A DNA stretch of 64,000 nt from Botryllus schlosseri (taxonomy: Eukaryota): contig CM119372.1 in assembly GCA_051294905.1 (NCBI GenBank), positions 10,542,001-10,606,000 on the forward strand. The letters are read 5' to 3'. The notes below the pieces were generated by a model, which was not told the origin of the DNA, did no database searches, and saw only the letters and a program-made list of their open reading frames with translations. Position 1 is the first letter of the stretch; every line of letters begins with the position of its first letter. Made by a program: the position numbers and the translations under genes. Of this stretch, positions 1-13,410 are shown piece after piece.

Positions 1-49
1 AATGCTTCATTCTATATGTTACGTTTTTTTTACCATACTTTTTATGTAG

Positions 50-2265
50 GAAAGTCACAATCCGAAAGCAGCCGACGTAAACGATCCTCCGTAATATGTT
101 CCCGGGAGAATCAGCCGGAATGTCAATATAGTGCGGGAGATAATCCGGAATTTAAAAGTGATACTTTCATCACTGTATTTGTTATTAGAAAATCTGATCC
201 AACACTGTGTATTCAGGTGCATCCAACTTAATCGCCGCGGCTGCGGAAATCGCTGGCGTTCCTACATCCATACATTCTGGTAAATTTTCATCCCTAGTTA
301 GGATACCTTATAATTGATATAAGATATAAAGTAGCTTGGTGTCTATTCACTAATATTCCCGCAGAAGCCGACGGAACAATCGCTGGGCCTTTTAATAAGG
401 AAGAACTGTCGTCTACACGAACCGAAGTTGAAGGTATGATTAAAATGCTTCAATCACTCCTGTTTTCAGTCATATGTTTCAGGGGACTAAAATATCTCTT
501 AACATGCAGAAAGTAAATCTACTATCGCGGATCAACATAAGCCCATTCCTACGTCGAAAAAATCTTCCAAATCTAAGAAGGAACCAAAGCCTCTGTCAAC
601 TCGTCGCATGCCTGTTGGAAAAAGTTGTCACGGATTTCTTGAAGTCTGTTTGTCTTGTCATAAAGATGATAGCAAAATTACGTATTCGATGCGCCGCATT
701 CCTTACGTACGAGCGTTACCATCGCTTGAACACGAAAACAAAACTTTAAAACCGTCCGCCAATGAGGATGAGTCGGAAGCATCTTTACTTGGAACCTCGT
801 GCACCTCCAAGACTTACGTGCGGATGCGTGATATTATTTGTTTGCTAAAAATCCCTGGAGAATCGTTGTACTCGCTGACAAATCGATGTGCTGTGGAATT
901 ATTTTATCCCAGTGACTATGCAATAAAATTGTTCCGCTCTGTTTACGACCCAGTAAGTGATTCTGATCCGATCATGGCCAAGATGATGATGACGAATTGG
1001 CGGGGAGAGATGTTTCAAGAATTTTTGAACCATATGATCATTTTGGACGAATTTTTACACTCCATGTTGCCGGTAAGTGCCGTCGGAATTGAACACGTGA
1101 CCCTGCTCAGTTGAATCATTATGTCGTATTGTTTTGCCAGCGATTTTATTCAGAATGTTTAGACATCCGTAGTACAGATGTTCCGAACTTTGTTAACGTC
1201 AAAATTTTCAAACCGATCCTGGGTATCGGTGAAAATGTTGTTGAGGTTAGTCTTGATTTCCGTGTAAACTCGATTATAAACAATGTAATCGAAATTTCGT
1301 TTCATAGATCTTCCGTAAGCCGTATGAATACAACTCCATCTTGTGGAAAATGGATCGCCATAATTTCGCTAAACCATCGCCCAGACAGAGATTTTGCACT
1401 GCTGCCCATTCTACTATACGCAAATGCAACAACACACCTGACACGAGATATTTTCCGGGTGGCACGCAAACTCACCAACCGTCGACACGAAACTCACCAG
1501 GCGTTGATCAAAACCGGAAAACAAATCCCCGCTCAACTGTCAACTTCATCGCTTCCTGGTCTCCACCGAGCGCGAGTAAAGGAAATGTTGACACGACAAA
1601 CTACTCTGTGTCTGCGCAACGACTGCAGTACATGAGGTATCCGCAACCTCAGGACCTTCCAAGAACCACAAATTTCAATACTCAAGGGCCACGTCAGTAT
1701 GATGGTACACTGAGAGTGATTCCTACGGATGCCAGGTTGATCACAAATAATCTACGACCACCTGGTGAAATGGTTCAGTATCACGGAGTCGTGCGGTATC
1801 GTGGAATGAGAAGTGTAAGCAACCATTGTGATGTTGAACAAAGAGGAGCTACTACCTATTTACAAGAAGCTATGACCACTGTCAATCATGAGCAGAACCA
1901 GAACTACCTAAACTCGACTCTTGCGGTGCGATATCCTAACGCTAGCGCGTCGGTACCGCGGCCACCTCCGCCGTACATTGCGCCTGGCACGATAAATATT
2001 ATGGAAAGTCCGCCTGCTGGTCAACGATCTTCAGCTACTTCTTCAACGCAAGAGATGAAGCGCCGTCTACCGATGAGTACACAAGGTAGTAAACTTTATT
2101 ATGTTATTACTTTTGTGCACGTAAAATGTCACTGAATATGATGCGAATTTGCCTGATTACTTGTTAATTATTTGCTAATTTGATGCGTTGTACATACAGG
2201 TAATGTCGAGTTTGGTTCAATTACGAAGAAGGGACGACCATTCTCGGGCATCGAAATGCTAGCAG
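50..2265 (+). CDS. Partial multi-exon gene, uncharacterised protein (5' end outside window; 3' end not resolved)
   Basis: Exons 50-157, 217-279, 365-433, 510-1072, 1141-1245, 1308-2085 and 2200-2265 all have AG/GT boundaries and compatible phases (1,1,1,0,0,1,1). They join into one open frame of about 584 codons that uses ORFs 608..1114, 1111..1635 and 1341..2135. Introns are 59-114 nt. No family recognised. Confidence 0.7.
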
Positions 2266-5134
2266 GTAAAATAATTCTTTATGCGCAATAGCAATGTGAT
2301 AATGTAGGCTGTATGAGGGAAATTGAGAACAACGAGTGCACCGTACGTTTAGTTGCCTATAGTCAAACGACCGTACGTTATATTTTGATTGGAAATTCTG
2401 CCGAATAAAGCTTGGCTAATCGAGTAGCTTGCCAATTCGATCGCAACCCTACCTTGCCTGTAACTATATACTTCGTACCTATCGAGGCCTTCTCTTGAGA
2501 CTTTGTCAATATAAACCACTGGTTTTCCGATAGGAAAATAATTTCATGGCTAACTAAAATTCACGTTCACATGTATTTAAAGGTAGCAGTCGCAACAGGT
2601 TAACAACAGTCAGCCCCCTTGGCTAATCTTCTATCTAAATACAATAACCATACAATCAACAGAACAATGTCAAATTACAACCTTTTCTTCCTAATTCCTG
2701 CTTCACATAAGATACAAATCACCCAAATAAGCAACAGACTGGAAGGAAAATGGCTATAAACCGCGAGGACGATGGCGCTACAATAGGCACCACTGAGCGT
2801 AATGGCTCATGTACAAACGAACAATTCCTCGTGTTACAACGGGAACTTATCAGATCCAGCGTCATTGGCCATTAAATTGGCTATCCCGATTATGAATGTA
2901 GTGTTGCCGACGATGGATAATGGAAAAACGACCATGCTTCTACCATGTGTCGACAGTCTTTGCTGTCGCAGGATTATGTGATCACGTGCAATTGGCGTTG
3001 TACAAATTACTTTCAACAATTTATTTCGATCATGTATCGGATTGTCTCATGCTCATCTTTGTCATTTCGCTAAATATCAAACAGCAACCATATTTAACAT
3101 CATTATATGTATGATGACGATGCCAACGGAACAGGGTTATTCGATTATCTTATCATCAGGTTTCTGAATGGTATTCTATATGCTAAACCTACTCGTCGTA
3201 TTGTAGCCCTAAATTGCAACCCAGTTTTTCACCAATGTTGACACGAAAATGACAATGGCGAATCTATTATTTTCATCCACTGAAGACACACAACATACAA
3301 TTCGAGGCACAAGACTCCATGCAATGTAATGTACAGATAAGGTGTTTAAACGATATCTCGATCTAATATATCCACCTCGGCCTAATGCCAGATGTAATAG
3401 TATTCGATTTCAACCCGTTCCTTTTCACTAGTTTTCCTTGTATTCGGACTTCTTTGTAAAGACATCGGGGATTTTGCAGTTAAAACTCGATTCACAAGTC
3501 GAGTTGAGTTAAGTTAAGTCTTATTAGCAAGAGTGCTTTTTCTGGTGTATATGTCAAACATAGGACATTATGAGGAAATTGACAAAAACGGCGACCGTAA
3601 ACCCGGTTCCAAGATGTAATGTTTAAACTGTTCGCACCGATTCATAATGCAGAACATCGTATAAAGTTCGCATGTTCTCACGCAGCGCGTTTTGTATTCT
3701 TATTACCGCTAATTGAAGTGTCGCGGTCACACTATAGAGTATGACTGGAGTGACGACTCGATTGTTCTCCCATTGTTAGCCGGCAGAATGGTCACGGTCA
3801 GATGGCTGCACCCAAAACAGGATCGCTCAGCGCTTGTTTATATGGCGTTCAAGGCGATTCGTCGTGTATTTCTTGAAGTTGCGTCGGATTTAGTTGGACA
3901 GTTCAACATTTAGGTAGCGGTGGCGAGTCGTTATGACTAGTGAATATTACCGTGTAGCCTATGTTACATTTCTCACGAGATTGATGTGATATTGTGGCTT
4001 TGATCCTTTATAGAGTTTGCTACGTATATAAATAATGACAGAAGGTATATAGAATTTCTGGTTCGTGTGCATTGGCTATTGTGAGATGAATTCATGGAAA
4101 GGACGACTGAAGAATACTACAAAGTGAACAAGTGAAAAGATCTTGAACTTTATCGATATGCAGTTCACAATAGCTTTGATTGAAAATATATCCTATATTA
4201 ACTGCAGAAATTCGAGTATGAATATAACAAATAATATCGCAACAGTCTTGGAGTCTTGTGTGCCTGTCCGATAACCGTAGAAACTTGAGTATGACTAGAA
4301 CCAGAGCCTTGTGTAATGTCAATGTTCTGCTTGATCTCGATTCACAATAGTTAGAGCCTACTCCTTGGAAGTATGCAAAATCGCACTTGAATGGAACTCG
4401 TTGTCATTGCCAAAAATACCAGAATACCCTGGAATTCGCTTGGAAGACCTCTGCCAGTCGACATTAGTAGAAAGCCAATGCACCACGTCAAGGTTTCGAC
4501 CAACGCATTGGTTTCCTTTTTTAGGTAGGGAATCTCGATGTGGATAGGCAGCATTTGCCACAGAGAGAAAAAAACTACTATACTAACACTACCAGAAACT
4601 ACATTCGCTCCATTTGCTTCATCTTTTCTTGGTCATGGGTTCCTTGCCGACTTTTGTCCAAGGATTTTGATCACCATAGGCTTATGTTGTATTGGCACCT
4701 TTCTCTCTCTTTATAGCCTTACGCTGGCATGAGGCATTTACTGAGCAACTGACTTGGCTAATATCTGGATTCCTGCTGTATCTCATCGAAGACCGCTGTT
4801 AACTTTTAACATTCGTGAATAATAATAATGAATGTCAACTGAAGTTACCAAAGATCCAAATGCTGCTTCCAGAACATCTTGTGTTGGGTCTCTGAGAGAT
4901 ACTGATTCCATAACACCATTCAAAAGCCGAATTGCTAGGTTGACCATATTCTTGGTCCATATTTGTATAGAACTCTGAATATAGTGTTCACTTTTGGCCT
5001 TCCTGAAATTGGATGTAAATTTCACCGACTTGTTACTAGTGGTAACTAGAGTGGAACCACATAGTCGGTGGTTATAATGGGACCTATGAACATGAGTATT
5101 TCCTGCCAAAAATCTCAACATTTGTAACAGATAT

Positions 5135-5235
5135 GCTGGAAAATATAAGAATATTTCAATCTACTCGGAATTGCTTCGCGGGCCGGATGAAATCGTCTGG
5201 CGGGCTGGATGTGGCCCGTATCTTTGACACCCCTG
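5135..5235 (-). mobile_element. hAT/Charlie-type MITE end nested in the P-like element
   Basis: Reverse complement begins CAGGGGTGTCAAAGATACGGGCC...GGCCCGCG, a typical Charlie-MITE terminus. Confidence 0.55.
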
Positions 5236-5367
5236 CTTTACATTATAGTAAACCCCACAGTGATAGCAGTAGCAATTGTCAGATTGGTAAAGAAATACCA
5301 TGGCTAATACAATTTCAGCAATAACAAAAAAGCAAAGACTTTCAAAGAGCATATTGTTCATTTTTTT

Positions 5368-6315
5368 TCAAGCTATCTCGCAAACATTTGGAAAATTGTG
5401 AGAACAGAAGTTATTCAAGTGTTTCATTGCCTTGTCCATGACATCCTCAACCTCATTTAGGTCTGAAACAGATTGAAGGGATACAGTATGAATCAATTTG
5501 TTATTGAATGGATCGCATTGAATTGCCTCAAGTACCCTGAAAAAAATTATCTTTTTCCGGGGTTTTGCCATTTCTTTACTGTGGATAAAATAAAATCGGA
5601 GAACCATGCCATTTCTGCATCACTTTAATGAGGTTTCCCGATGGTGCTGCAGTTGTTACGCATGTGGCAATTGCTTCGTTGGCTTGCTTAGAAATGGCTT
5701 CCAAAAGCACTCCACCAATATATTCAAGTATGTCTAAAAACATGTCAAAGTTTTTCCATGGAAAGGCAAAGTATAGGCTATTTACTTACCAGATTCCTTG
5801 CTGATGACTCCTCCAATCTCTGTGATTGGATGCTGCTCTTTACCGCAGACGAGAGAACCAAAAATCTTCAAAAGTAATGTAAAAGTAAGAAGCTGGCAAT
5901 TGTGGCAAACCCAGAAACTTGTTAGCTTGATGGCAGGATATTAGAGTAATGTTGATAAAATCCGTCAACACCAAGTTTACAATATTCAGAATGGAGTTTT
6001 TCCACCAATGGAACCGCTTTGGTCATGTCTAGTTCCTCGAATGATGGCGCGCATTCAAAGTATTTCGCTATTTACACAAGCCCTCTTCGAAACAGTAATT
6101 ACAGCATCCTCAGATATATTCCAATTACTGGTGAGAACATGATTTTTGTAATGTTTCTTCAAAGCTTTCGCAGTAGGAAAGGATGCTTCGAATTCCTCAC
6201 AGAAGATACACCTTTCCAGTTATTGAGTCCTTCGAAACATTCTTCAATTTCCATTTCAGTTAGTCCCTCCCAGTCATCCCCAAAGGCTAAAGTGATGCGG
6301 CCGAATCAGCCATGA
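5368..6315 (-). pseudogene. Decayed transposon-borne gene: C2H2-like finger followed by a YIGG-containing domain
   Basis: Minus strand reads FCEEFEASFPTAKALKKHYKNH at about 6136-6204. A 56-nt GT-AG intron (5734-5789) joins ISKES to DILEYIGGVLL...C...NLIKVM. Frameshifts and stops are present. Confidence 0.55.
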
Positions 6316-6717
6316 TACCGACTTCTATGCGTGACGAAGTATGATCTAATTCTGGCGAAAAATATAACAGAGGATACACGGTATTATTCACTAGTCATAA
6401 CGACTCGCCACCGCTACCTAAATGTTGAACTGTCTAACTAAATCCGACGCAGCTTCAAGAAATCCACGACGAATCGCCTTGAACGCCATAGAAACAAGCG
6501 CTGAGCGATCCTGTTTTGGGTGCAGCCATCTGACCGTGACCATTCTGCCGGCTAACAATGGGAGAACAATCGAGTCGTCACTCCAGTCATACTCTATAGT
6601 CACACCGCCATATACAATATAAGACGATATATATTGGATTTTGTATTTATCTTCTTTGTCGCTACGGTATAGATATCAGGCGATACAGGGGAACAATCCC
6701 TTTCGGTCGTGTTAGCC

Positions 6718-6753
6718 TATAGATAACTAACCTACGTAGGTTAGTTATCTATA
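6718..6753. mobile_element. 36-bp perfect palindrome with 7-bp TSD (minimal TATAG-type MITE)
   Basis: TATAGATAACTAACCTACGTAGGTTAGTTATCTATA is self-complementary. GTTAGCC occurs at 6711-6717 and 6754-6760. Confidence 0.75.
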
Positions 6754-9660
6754 GTTAGCCGTAGCACGATGCCGCCACGTGGTAAATTTCCGAAAAGAGA
6801 AGATACGTCACAATGTAGCATTTGATGCATGACGCTATAAATGGCGGTTCTTAGCCTGTACTAACCTGCGGAGCACGTCATTTAATCTGCAAACCTAAGC
6901 GGAACCCTAAATTTTCGTCGAGTCATAAAAACATAAATCTACCATATTGCACAACTAACAGCACATCTGATAAATAACAATAGATTACTGGTGAACAAAT
7001 GAATTGCGCATCAACAAAGTGTTGAAAGAACAAAACCATTGAATTATAATTTTCACACAAAACGAAGACGTTATAATAAAAGTTTACTCCAAATCAACGT
7101 GACTTCTGCCGTTCCCTTTGAGATTCCAGTTCAGAAATTAGAGGCTTCATATTGCAGAGTATCATCATATTGTTCGGTCGAAATGCAACAGCGTGATACT
7201 AATTTCTCAAATGTGAATATTGGAGTTAGAATGGGCCTTTCAGCATGACTGGATTTCGATTCCGAATCCCAATCTCCCATGCGTATGCCACTGCACATGA
7301 CGTACCACCACAGCACTACTGATAGGACATGATTACCTGCAATAATTGATGGGCAAGTCGGCGTGTCGTCACAGATCATAAGTATGAGACTGGCTCAGAG
7401 AACACCGGTCAAGAACGAACGGGCTTTGAATTACTAACCTATACGGAAGTGACTAATCTATAGTTTGGCAGAGATGAGAAATGAGCATGGATTTGGATTT
7501 GGATTCCATAGAACCCTATCCGAATTTTTGGCGGAACTAGAACGTATGTTTTTTTTTCAACTGGATTTGTAATTGGACTTGGTCAGTCATGAAAAATATT
7601 AAATCCTCTCATCTATGGCATATGGGCGAACGTTTTCATAATGTCATTGAAGCATGGTTACGTTAACAGTCTCAATGTTTCTCCGTAATCCAGGATAATT
7701 ACATAAGAATAACGTTCGCCACATCCCATCTGCTCGTGGATGGCGGAGTTACGAAAAACAATTGGTTCACAAACTTTATTGGCTTGTGGCACACGGGAGA
7801 AATGATACGCGGCACACGTAAAACAAAGCTGCATTTGAAGAAAAAACAATGTTGTAACACAATGGATATCCGTATTTGTACGAACATATATACGACTGAA
7901 CCGAAATTACATTGCATTGTTGATAAGAATATACCGGCATTTCGTCTTCATTTCCAAGTCCTCTCTCGTGCACACTGCACAGCTTTTAATTTCAGTCAAA
8001 ACAAGGAATATATGTTGTCACAGTCGTGGAGATACAAATGGCAATCAAATTCTGATTTCTTTTGCACCTATCATTGTAATGAGACAGCCATAACTCATCC
8101 GTTTTTGTGGAAAATGGCGTTTTAAAAAGCGGGACGTTTCGTAAATCAATGAGCTGTTCTTCTACAAAAAGATTGCTTGCTCATTACTTCCAAATAGCTG
8201 AACTACCCATCTAAAGATGTGAACGATGAATTAAGAGAAGTAATATTGCAATGCAAATTGAAGTCCGGGCAGTGTGCTCAGGCTTTGCGGAGTACTTTTG
8301 ATTTACCAGTAGCTTCGCTGCAAGAAGCAGGAAACGAATCTTCGCCACATAGCAGTCCAATTATCAGTTGACAGTAACCATACTCAAACGCAATGCCTAC
8401 GTTTCGGCTCTACAGTAACGGTATATGTCACTCCAAAACTGATTCGTAGCTCTTGTGCGCATTCACCATGGCTTTGAAATCGAGTATCCGAGATGCTAAT
8501 CCCCATGTCACAATCTTGTATGACATATGCATAAGCAGATTGTCTCAAACATACGATGCCCAAGGCTTTGTACCTGTTGATAAAACTCACCAATATAAAG
8601 ATTTAGAATGAGCGGACACATATTTATGATGGCAAACGTTTAAAATCCTGCTCGGGACATTTTTGATCATCACAAGATTTAATTTTATGTGGTTTCTCAA
8701 TTTCATTCTCAAGATACTGCCTACTTCTAGTGTTTTATTACATTATAAAATGACGCTTGTTCTAAAACGGTGAAATTTTCTCTCCAGAAGCCGCAGCGTC
8801 TGTCTCTGCATCTGATCGAGTAACGAGACGATCGAATGATGGGATCACCGTCAACATGGCAACAGGTATAGACATCTTTTTGTTGCTTCGACAATAGAAA
8901 AATCAGTTTTAGTATCGTTCAAGCTTCAAAGTTTCAAAGCATAATTTCAAAGCATCATTTGATCAACTGCGAATTGCCCAATATCGGAATCTCCAAAAGC
9001 CAGTTTCGTCCAACTCCAGCAACTAACACAGTGCTCATTATAAAACAAAGGATTTTAAATCTTTCAAGATACGACCCATTCAGATCAAAGCACTTGCATT
9101 TGTCTGTATATGATCTTCACTCCATTCCCTGTAGGACCTGCATCTGTGTTGAAACCTCGAGCGGTCTCCTAGTTACTCCCACTTTTGCCCAACCATCATC
9201 CAGTGACCAAAATAAACCAAGAGTGCCCATTGAGTATGATAGTTTTCGGAGTACTGGGTATACGACGGACGCAGTATATCCTATTCAAATCGTAACCTGC
9301 ACGCCATGATTTAACGTTTGATCGAACTCGATTTCGCTATGTTGGTTACCGTAGTTCTCGATCAACCCAGTGTGTATAATTGTGTATACATTCCGTAAAT
9401 GTCAGTATAATGAAACGAGTGACGAAACCCGCTCCAACCAGGTCGATTACAAGGTTCATGCTTCAGTATGAGATGAGAGGTTTTTCATGGCTTCCTCACA
9501 CAAGCCGGTCAGGCACTACCTTACCAAAGCATGTCTAGCCAAGTTCGGTCATCATCCTCTGGCGTACAGGCACAGTGAAAATGACTATGACTTCCGCTAT
9601 ACAGCGGAAATCGTATTGCCGTGGATATCGAAGAAAAAGTCGTTGTGCATTTTGATTTTG

Positions 9661-9708
9661 AATAGCACCTTTTTGAACTCTGAGTAGCACCTTTTTCAAC
9701 TCTGAATA
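9661..9708. repeat. Short tandem duplication (~22 bp x2)
   Basis: aatagcacctttttgaactctg / agtagcacctttttcaactctg. Confidence 0.7.
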
Positions 9709-10556
9709 GAAGAAGAATGACACAGAAAAGAAACAAGCATATTAGGGCATGACTTGAATTTACATGCTTTTTTATATCGATTAAAGTGTTAATTACATGT
9801 ATGTCGTTATTCATGATCATGATTTCTCGGGGACATAGGAAAGACTCAAATGAGCTTGGTCGGTTTTCCCGCCACTGACTTGTTTTGGACCAAATGATAA
9901 TTGCTATGTTTTTGTAATTGTATTAGTTTCTCATATCATTGGCCCTTTAATGGCATTTGAGATATATCAAATCTGAAGTCATTTGATGACAATAACCCAT
10001 ACCCATAATTACTCGAAAATTGCCGAGGCTTGGCTGACCCTAGATTGAGCGAGTAAAGTTCGACTCAACCATTAATATTTGTTTCGGCTCGCCATAGCTC
10101 TCTATGCTGAACCACTCAGAAGCCCAAGTAGGCAGGGCAGCACAGTGCGACTCGTACTATATGTGAACATTTCAAGAATTGCATCATATGCCTATTATCG
10201 CTCTGTCCATAGCAGAAATTACCAGGTGGGCCTATCTGACATGTTTTGGTTGTCTTAGCCACGTAATTTTGATTGCTATGGTCATTTCACTCAGGGCGAT
10301 CCGTTTATTTACGGAGTAGAAAAACGCCTGGTGCGTTAAACGGTGTAGTCTAAAATGACCCTAGCGGAAGTGCATCATAAAACCTGAAGTAATAAAATTC
10401 AGGCTGCATTCTCGGCGATGCTAGGCAGCAGGCACAATACTCCGAGTTCTTATGTTCGAGTTGAGTAATGATTCGATTAATTTGAAGATAAACTGCACTG
10501 AATGATTTTTGTGGTGACATAAAAATTTAAAAGCCGGATGATCTGTGTGTGCTATC

Positions 10557-12521
10557 TAGGGCGATTTTTTTAACTAAAAAAAACGGATGATTTTGACCTG
10601 ATGTATGTAAATTAGGTGTTTTCGCACATAATGTTAGAATCGCACTACGTATTTTCATTTCTGGTTGGAACTGTTTGGCCTGACAAAACCTTTTTTGACT
10701 GAAAAACTGTCAAATTTTGACATGAAAAACTTTACTTTAACTAAATCTGGACCTGTGAAGAATTCCAGTAGTTACATCACGCATTATGGTCGTTGGTCGA
10801 AATAATAAAAATTTGTTGTAGTACAGCGAAAGATACCTTCCTACGTTCTCGGGTAGAAAGTGTCTGTCCTTACTAAGTAGCTTGCCAAGAATGGGGAAAA
10901 AACGTTCAACAGCAGCAGTTGTTGGCTGGCGTAAACTGCTGGTGACACAATTAAGGTGTTGCTTCATTCTGACAATGTTGTCTATATGAGTGGTTCTCAA
11001 CCTTTTTCACCTCGCGGACCGGTAAAACTTTAAAAAATGTCTGGTGGACCGGTGCACTCTGAAAATTGAAATGAAGCCAAAATGTAAAGTATGCAACCGT
11101 TTTTTGCAATTATATGGTGCTGGAGAGTGACATTTAAAGGGTTTTGATCGTAATTAATTATCTTTATAACAGCAACCATGCGATTTTATGATAGTCAGTC
11201 TGCTGACTCGAAGTAAAATTGCCTTATCCAGATAAACCTGCAGTTTACAGTTTACACTCTTTCGCGCCGAAAGCCGTGGGTTTAAACGACCACGCCAACT
11301 CGAACCAAGTCGAACCAAGCACCTTACCGTGCTATACCTTGCTCATTGCCCACTTCCATCAGACGCATACGCTACTCTGGCAACTATACGAATACAATGT
11401 GTGCAGCAGGAAAACACCTTGCAGCAACTATAGCGGCCATCCGGAAATCCGGGCCGCAAAAGCACTTCGTTAGCCCATGCACCCCCAGAAAACGTTGGTC
11501 TTGGTCCCCCACAGGAAGATAAGCCAAACTTCCGGGGGATTCACCCACACACCCTACCTACAGTTCGGTGGATGTTTTCACCTGTACTTGTGAGCACATT
11601 CATTCTACTCGATGTAAGCAGAGAGTTTATGTAGCTTAATCGCGGCAATACCGAATATTATCGATCATTCATGACTGAATCGGTTTTCTCGCTGCCGAAT
11701 TTTTGGCACACACTTCGGAGTTCCGTGCTAGCCTATACTTCATTGGGGGTTGGTACGTCGTGGCGCGGTAATGGCTGACGCCGAAATGCCGAAAGAAATT
11801 GAAAATGTTGGAAAAAGTTTCAGAAAAATACGCCATGATTTAGGTTCATTTGCAAGATAATATTCGGCACTTTTTAAGCTCGACCCCTCTCCAATTGGGC
11901 GGTTTCGGGTGCCCCAGTTACGGTCCAACACAAAATGAATGAATCGAAAACGAATGATCGCTCAAACTGCGCTGTTTAGCGATGAGTCAGTTCGTACCCG
12001 TTCTGTACTTGTCGCTCGTCAAATAACACGTCTTGAACTTTAAGTCAAATCGAACATGTTTCAAGCCCTAATGATACCTCACGAACTTCTGAATTATTTT
12101 AAAATTTGATGTTTTATTTATTCTATCATTGGACAAGCCTTCAACATTACATCTTGAAATTGAAGTAGAAAATTGCAATATACCTCGCGGACCGGCGGTT
12201 GAGAACCACTGGTCTATATCACAATTTTTCATCACGCTCTTCTTGATATCGAACCAATGCTTCATTTGGGATGTTGAGATACGTTGAGCATAACACCATG
12301 TCGACCTATTTGTTTCATTTGACCGTTTATGATTCACAATGACCAGACAATGGACCGTCTACTACGCCAGGCTTGTAAAGTAGGCTACAAGCTGCAAACT
12401 GCCAAATGATAAGATCACCAACAGTGCAAGCATCTACGAGGAAACGAAATGCAGGTTGCAAAAAAATTTTTACTTGACGTGACAATTTCGACTTATTCTG
12501 ACAGGTCAAAAAGTCGCCCTA
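10557..12521 (-). mobile_element. Non-autonomous hAT element (TAGGGCG TIRs) with transposase C-terminal remnant
   Basis: TIRs TAGGGCGA...TCGCCCTA; TSD GTGCTATC/GTGATATC. ORF 10737..11000(-) contains [10 protein letters not shown] (hAT dimerisation motif). A second copy is at 53565-54438. Confidence 0.85.
10988..12211. mobile_element. Charlie-like hAT MITE nested in the preceding element
   Basis: Termini (G)AGTGGTTCTCAACC...GGTTGAGAACCACTG; perfect TSD GTCTATAT. Absent from the sister copy at 53565-54438. Confidence 0.85.
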
Positions 12522-13088
12522 GTGATATCCTTTGTATCACACTATTGCTAATATTTGAATAATTGACCGAACTTGAAATGTTGAAATGAAATCAGTCACG
12601 CGTTTGCTGCTAACCGCTCACCCATATTCGACATCGATTATGAAACATCGTTAACTGAAAAAAAACTTGACTGCGCCAAGGATTGTGGGAAACTGGCCGC
12701 TATAGAGACATCCCGGGTATACCATTTGTGTGTGTGTCCCTTCATTATGTCCCCATGAAATGCGAGAGCTGCGATGGCGATGTCACTGCTGGTGTTCATT
12801 GGCAATTTCCTAAATATATTCCCTGCATTTCTGGACTTGATTATAAATCCCCTTGACGTAATTAAAATCGTTTCTTACAGAAATCGTATAATCACTGCAA
12901 CATTATCCCAGAGATGTTTTGAGTTCAAATCGTACATAAAAAGCATGATCGTTTCCTGCCCTAGACTATACCCCACAACTTTCCTCCGCTGCGGCACCCT
13001 GCTAGATAGCCGGATAGATAGACGCCTCGCTGATCACACGTGGATATATACGTATATAAATTGAAAGAGATTAGATGTGTTGGACGCT

Positions 13089-13361
13089 ACAGTCTTAGCG
13101 AAAAGAGTGGGTGCTGTGTATTCACACCCAACGGGCTGAAAGGGTGGTACACGAACGTATTATCGCGGTCATAAATCCTACGTGACTACGTGCATACGTT
13201 CCTCCATGCATGCATAATTTTGGATTAAAATGTTGTGCTTGATTTATACCTCGGTATAAGTCTGAGGTATGTTCTGGTTTCGTGTGCCACGGGTGTATAT
13301 TCACACCCGTCATCACGGGTGGTATAGGGGTGGAAATACACACTTTTTTGCTAAGAGTGTA
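13089..13361. mobile_element. Probable CMC/EnSpm-type MITE
   Basis: Imperfect TIR ACAGTCTTAGCGAAAAG...CTTTTTTGCTAAGAGTGT. Confidence 0.45.
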
Positions 13362-13410
13362 CATGAAAACAATTCCAGGCTGCTGCAGCTATATATCGTG
13401 TAATAATCAG

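Larger units (their letters stand above)
3733..6598 (-). mobile_element. DNA transposon with ~225-bp terminal inverted repeats (TIRs; TATAGAG...CTCTATA) and 7-bp TSD; P/Galileo-like; decayed internal coding sequence
   Basis: 3733-3956 is the inverted repeat of 6376-6598, which explains the near-identical ORFs 3713..3913(+) and 6418..6603(-). GTCACAC is duplicated at 3726-3732 and 6599-6605. The minus strand carries broken reading frames. Confidence 0.85.

Noticed and set aside
2580..3450. Possible decayed coding sequence or further exons of the first gene
   Set aside because: Frames are broken by stops and no motif or consistent splice chain was found.
3730..3738. CACTA (EnSpm) terminus for the 2.87-kb element
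   Set aside because: The right end is not TAGTG. TATAG termini with a perfect 7-bp TSD explain both junctions.
3713..3913. Near-identical ORFs 3713..3913(+) and 6418..6603(-) as duplicated small genes
   Set aside because: They are translations of the two TIRs of one transposon.
7650..9320. Possible decayed transposase (ORFs 7736..8125, 8959..9309)
   Set aside because: No recognisable motif in any frame I translated; a BLASTX search would be needed.
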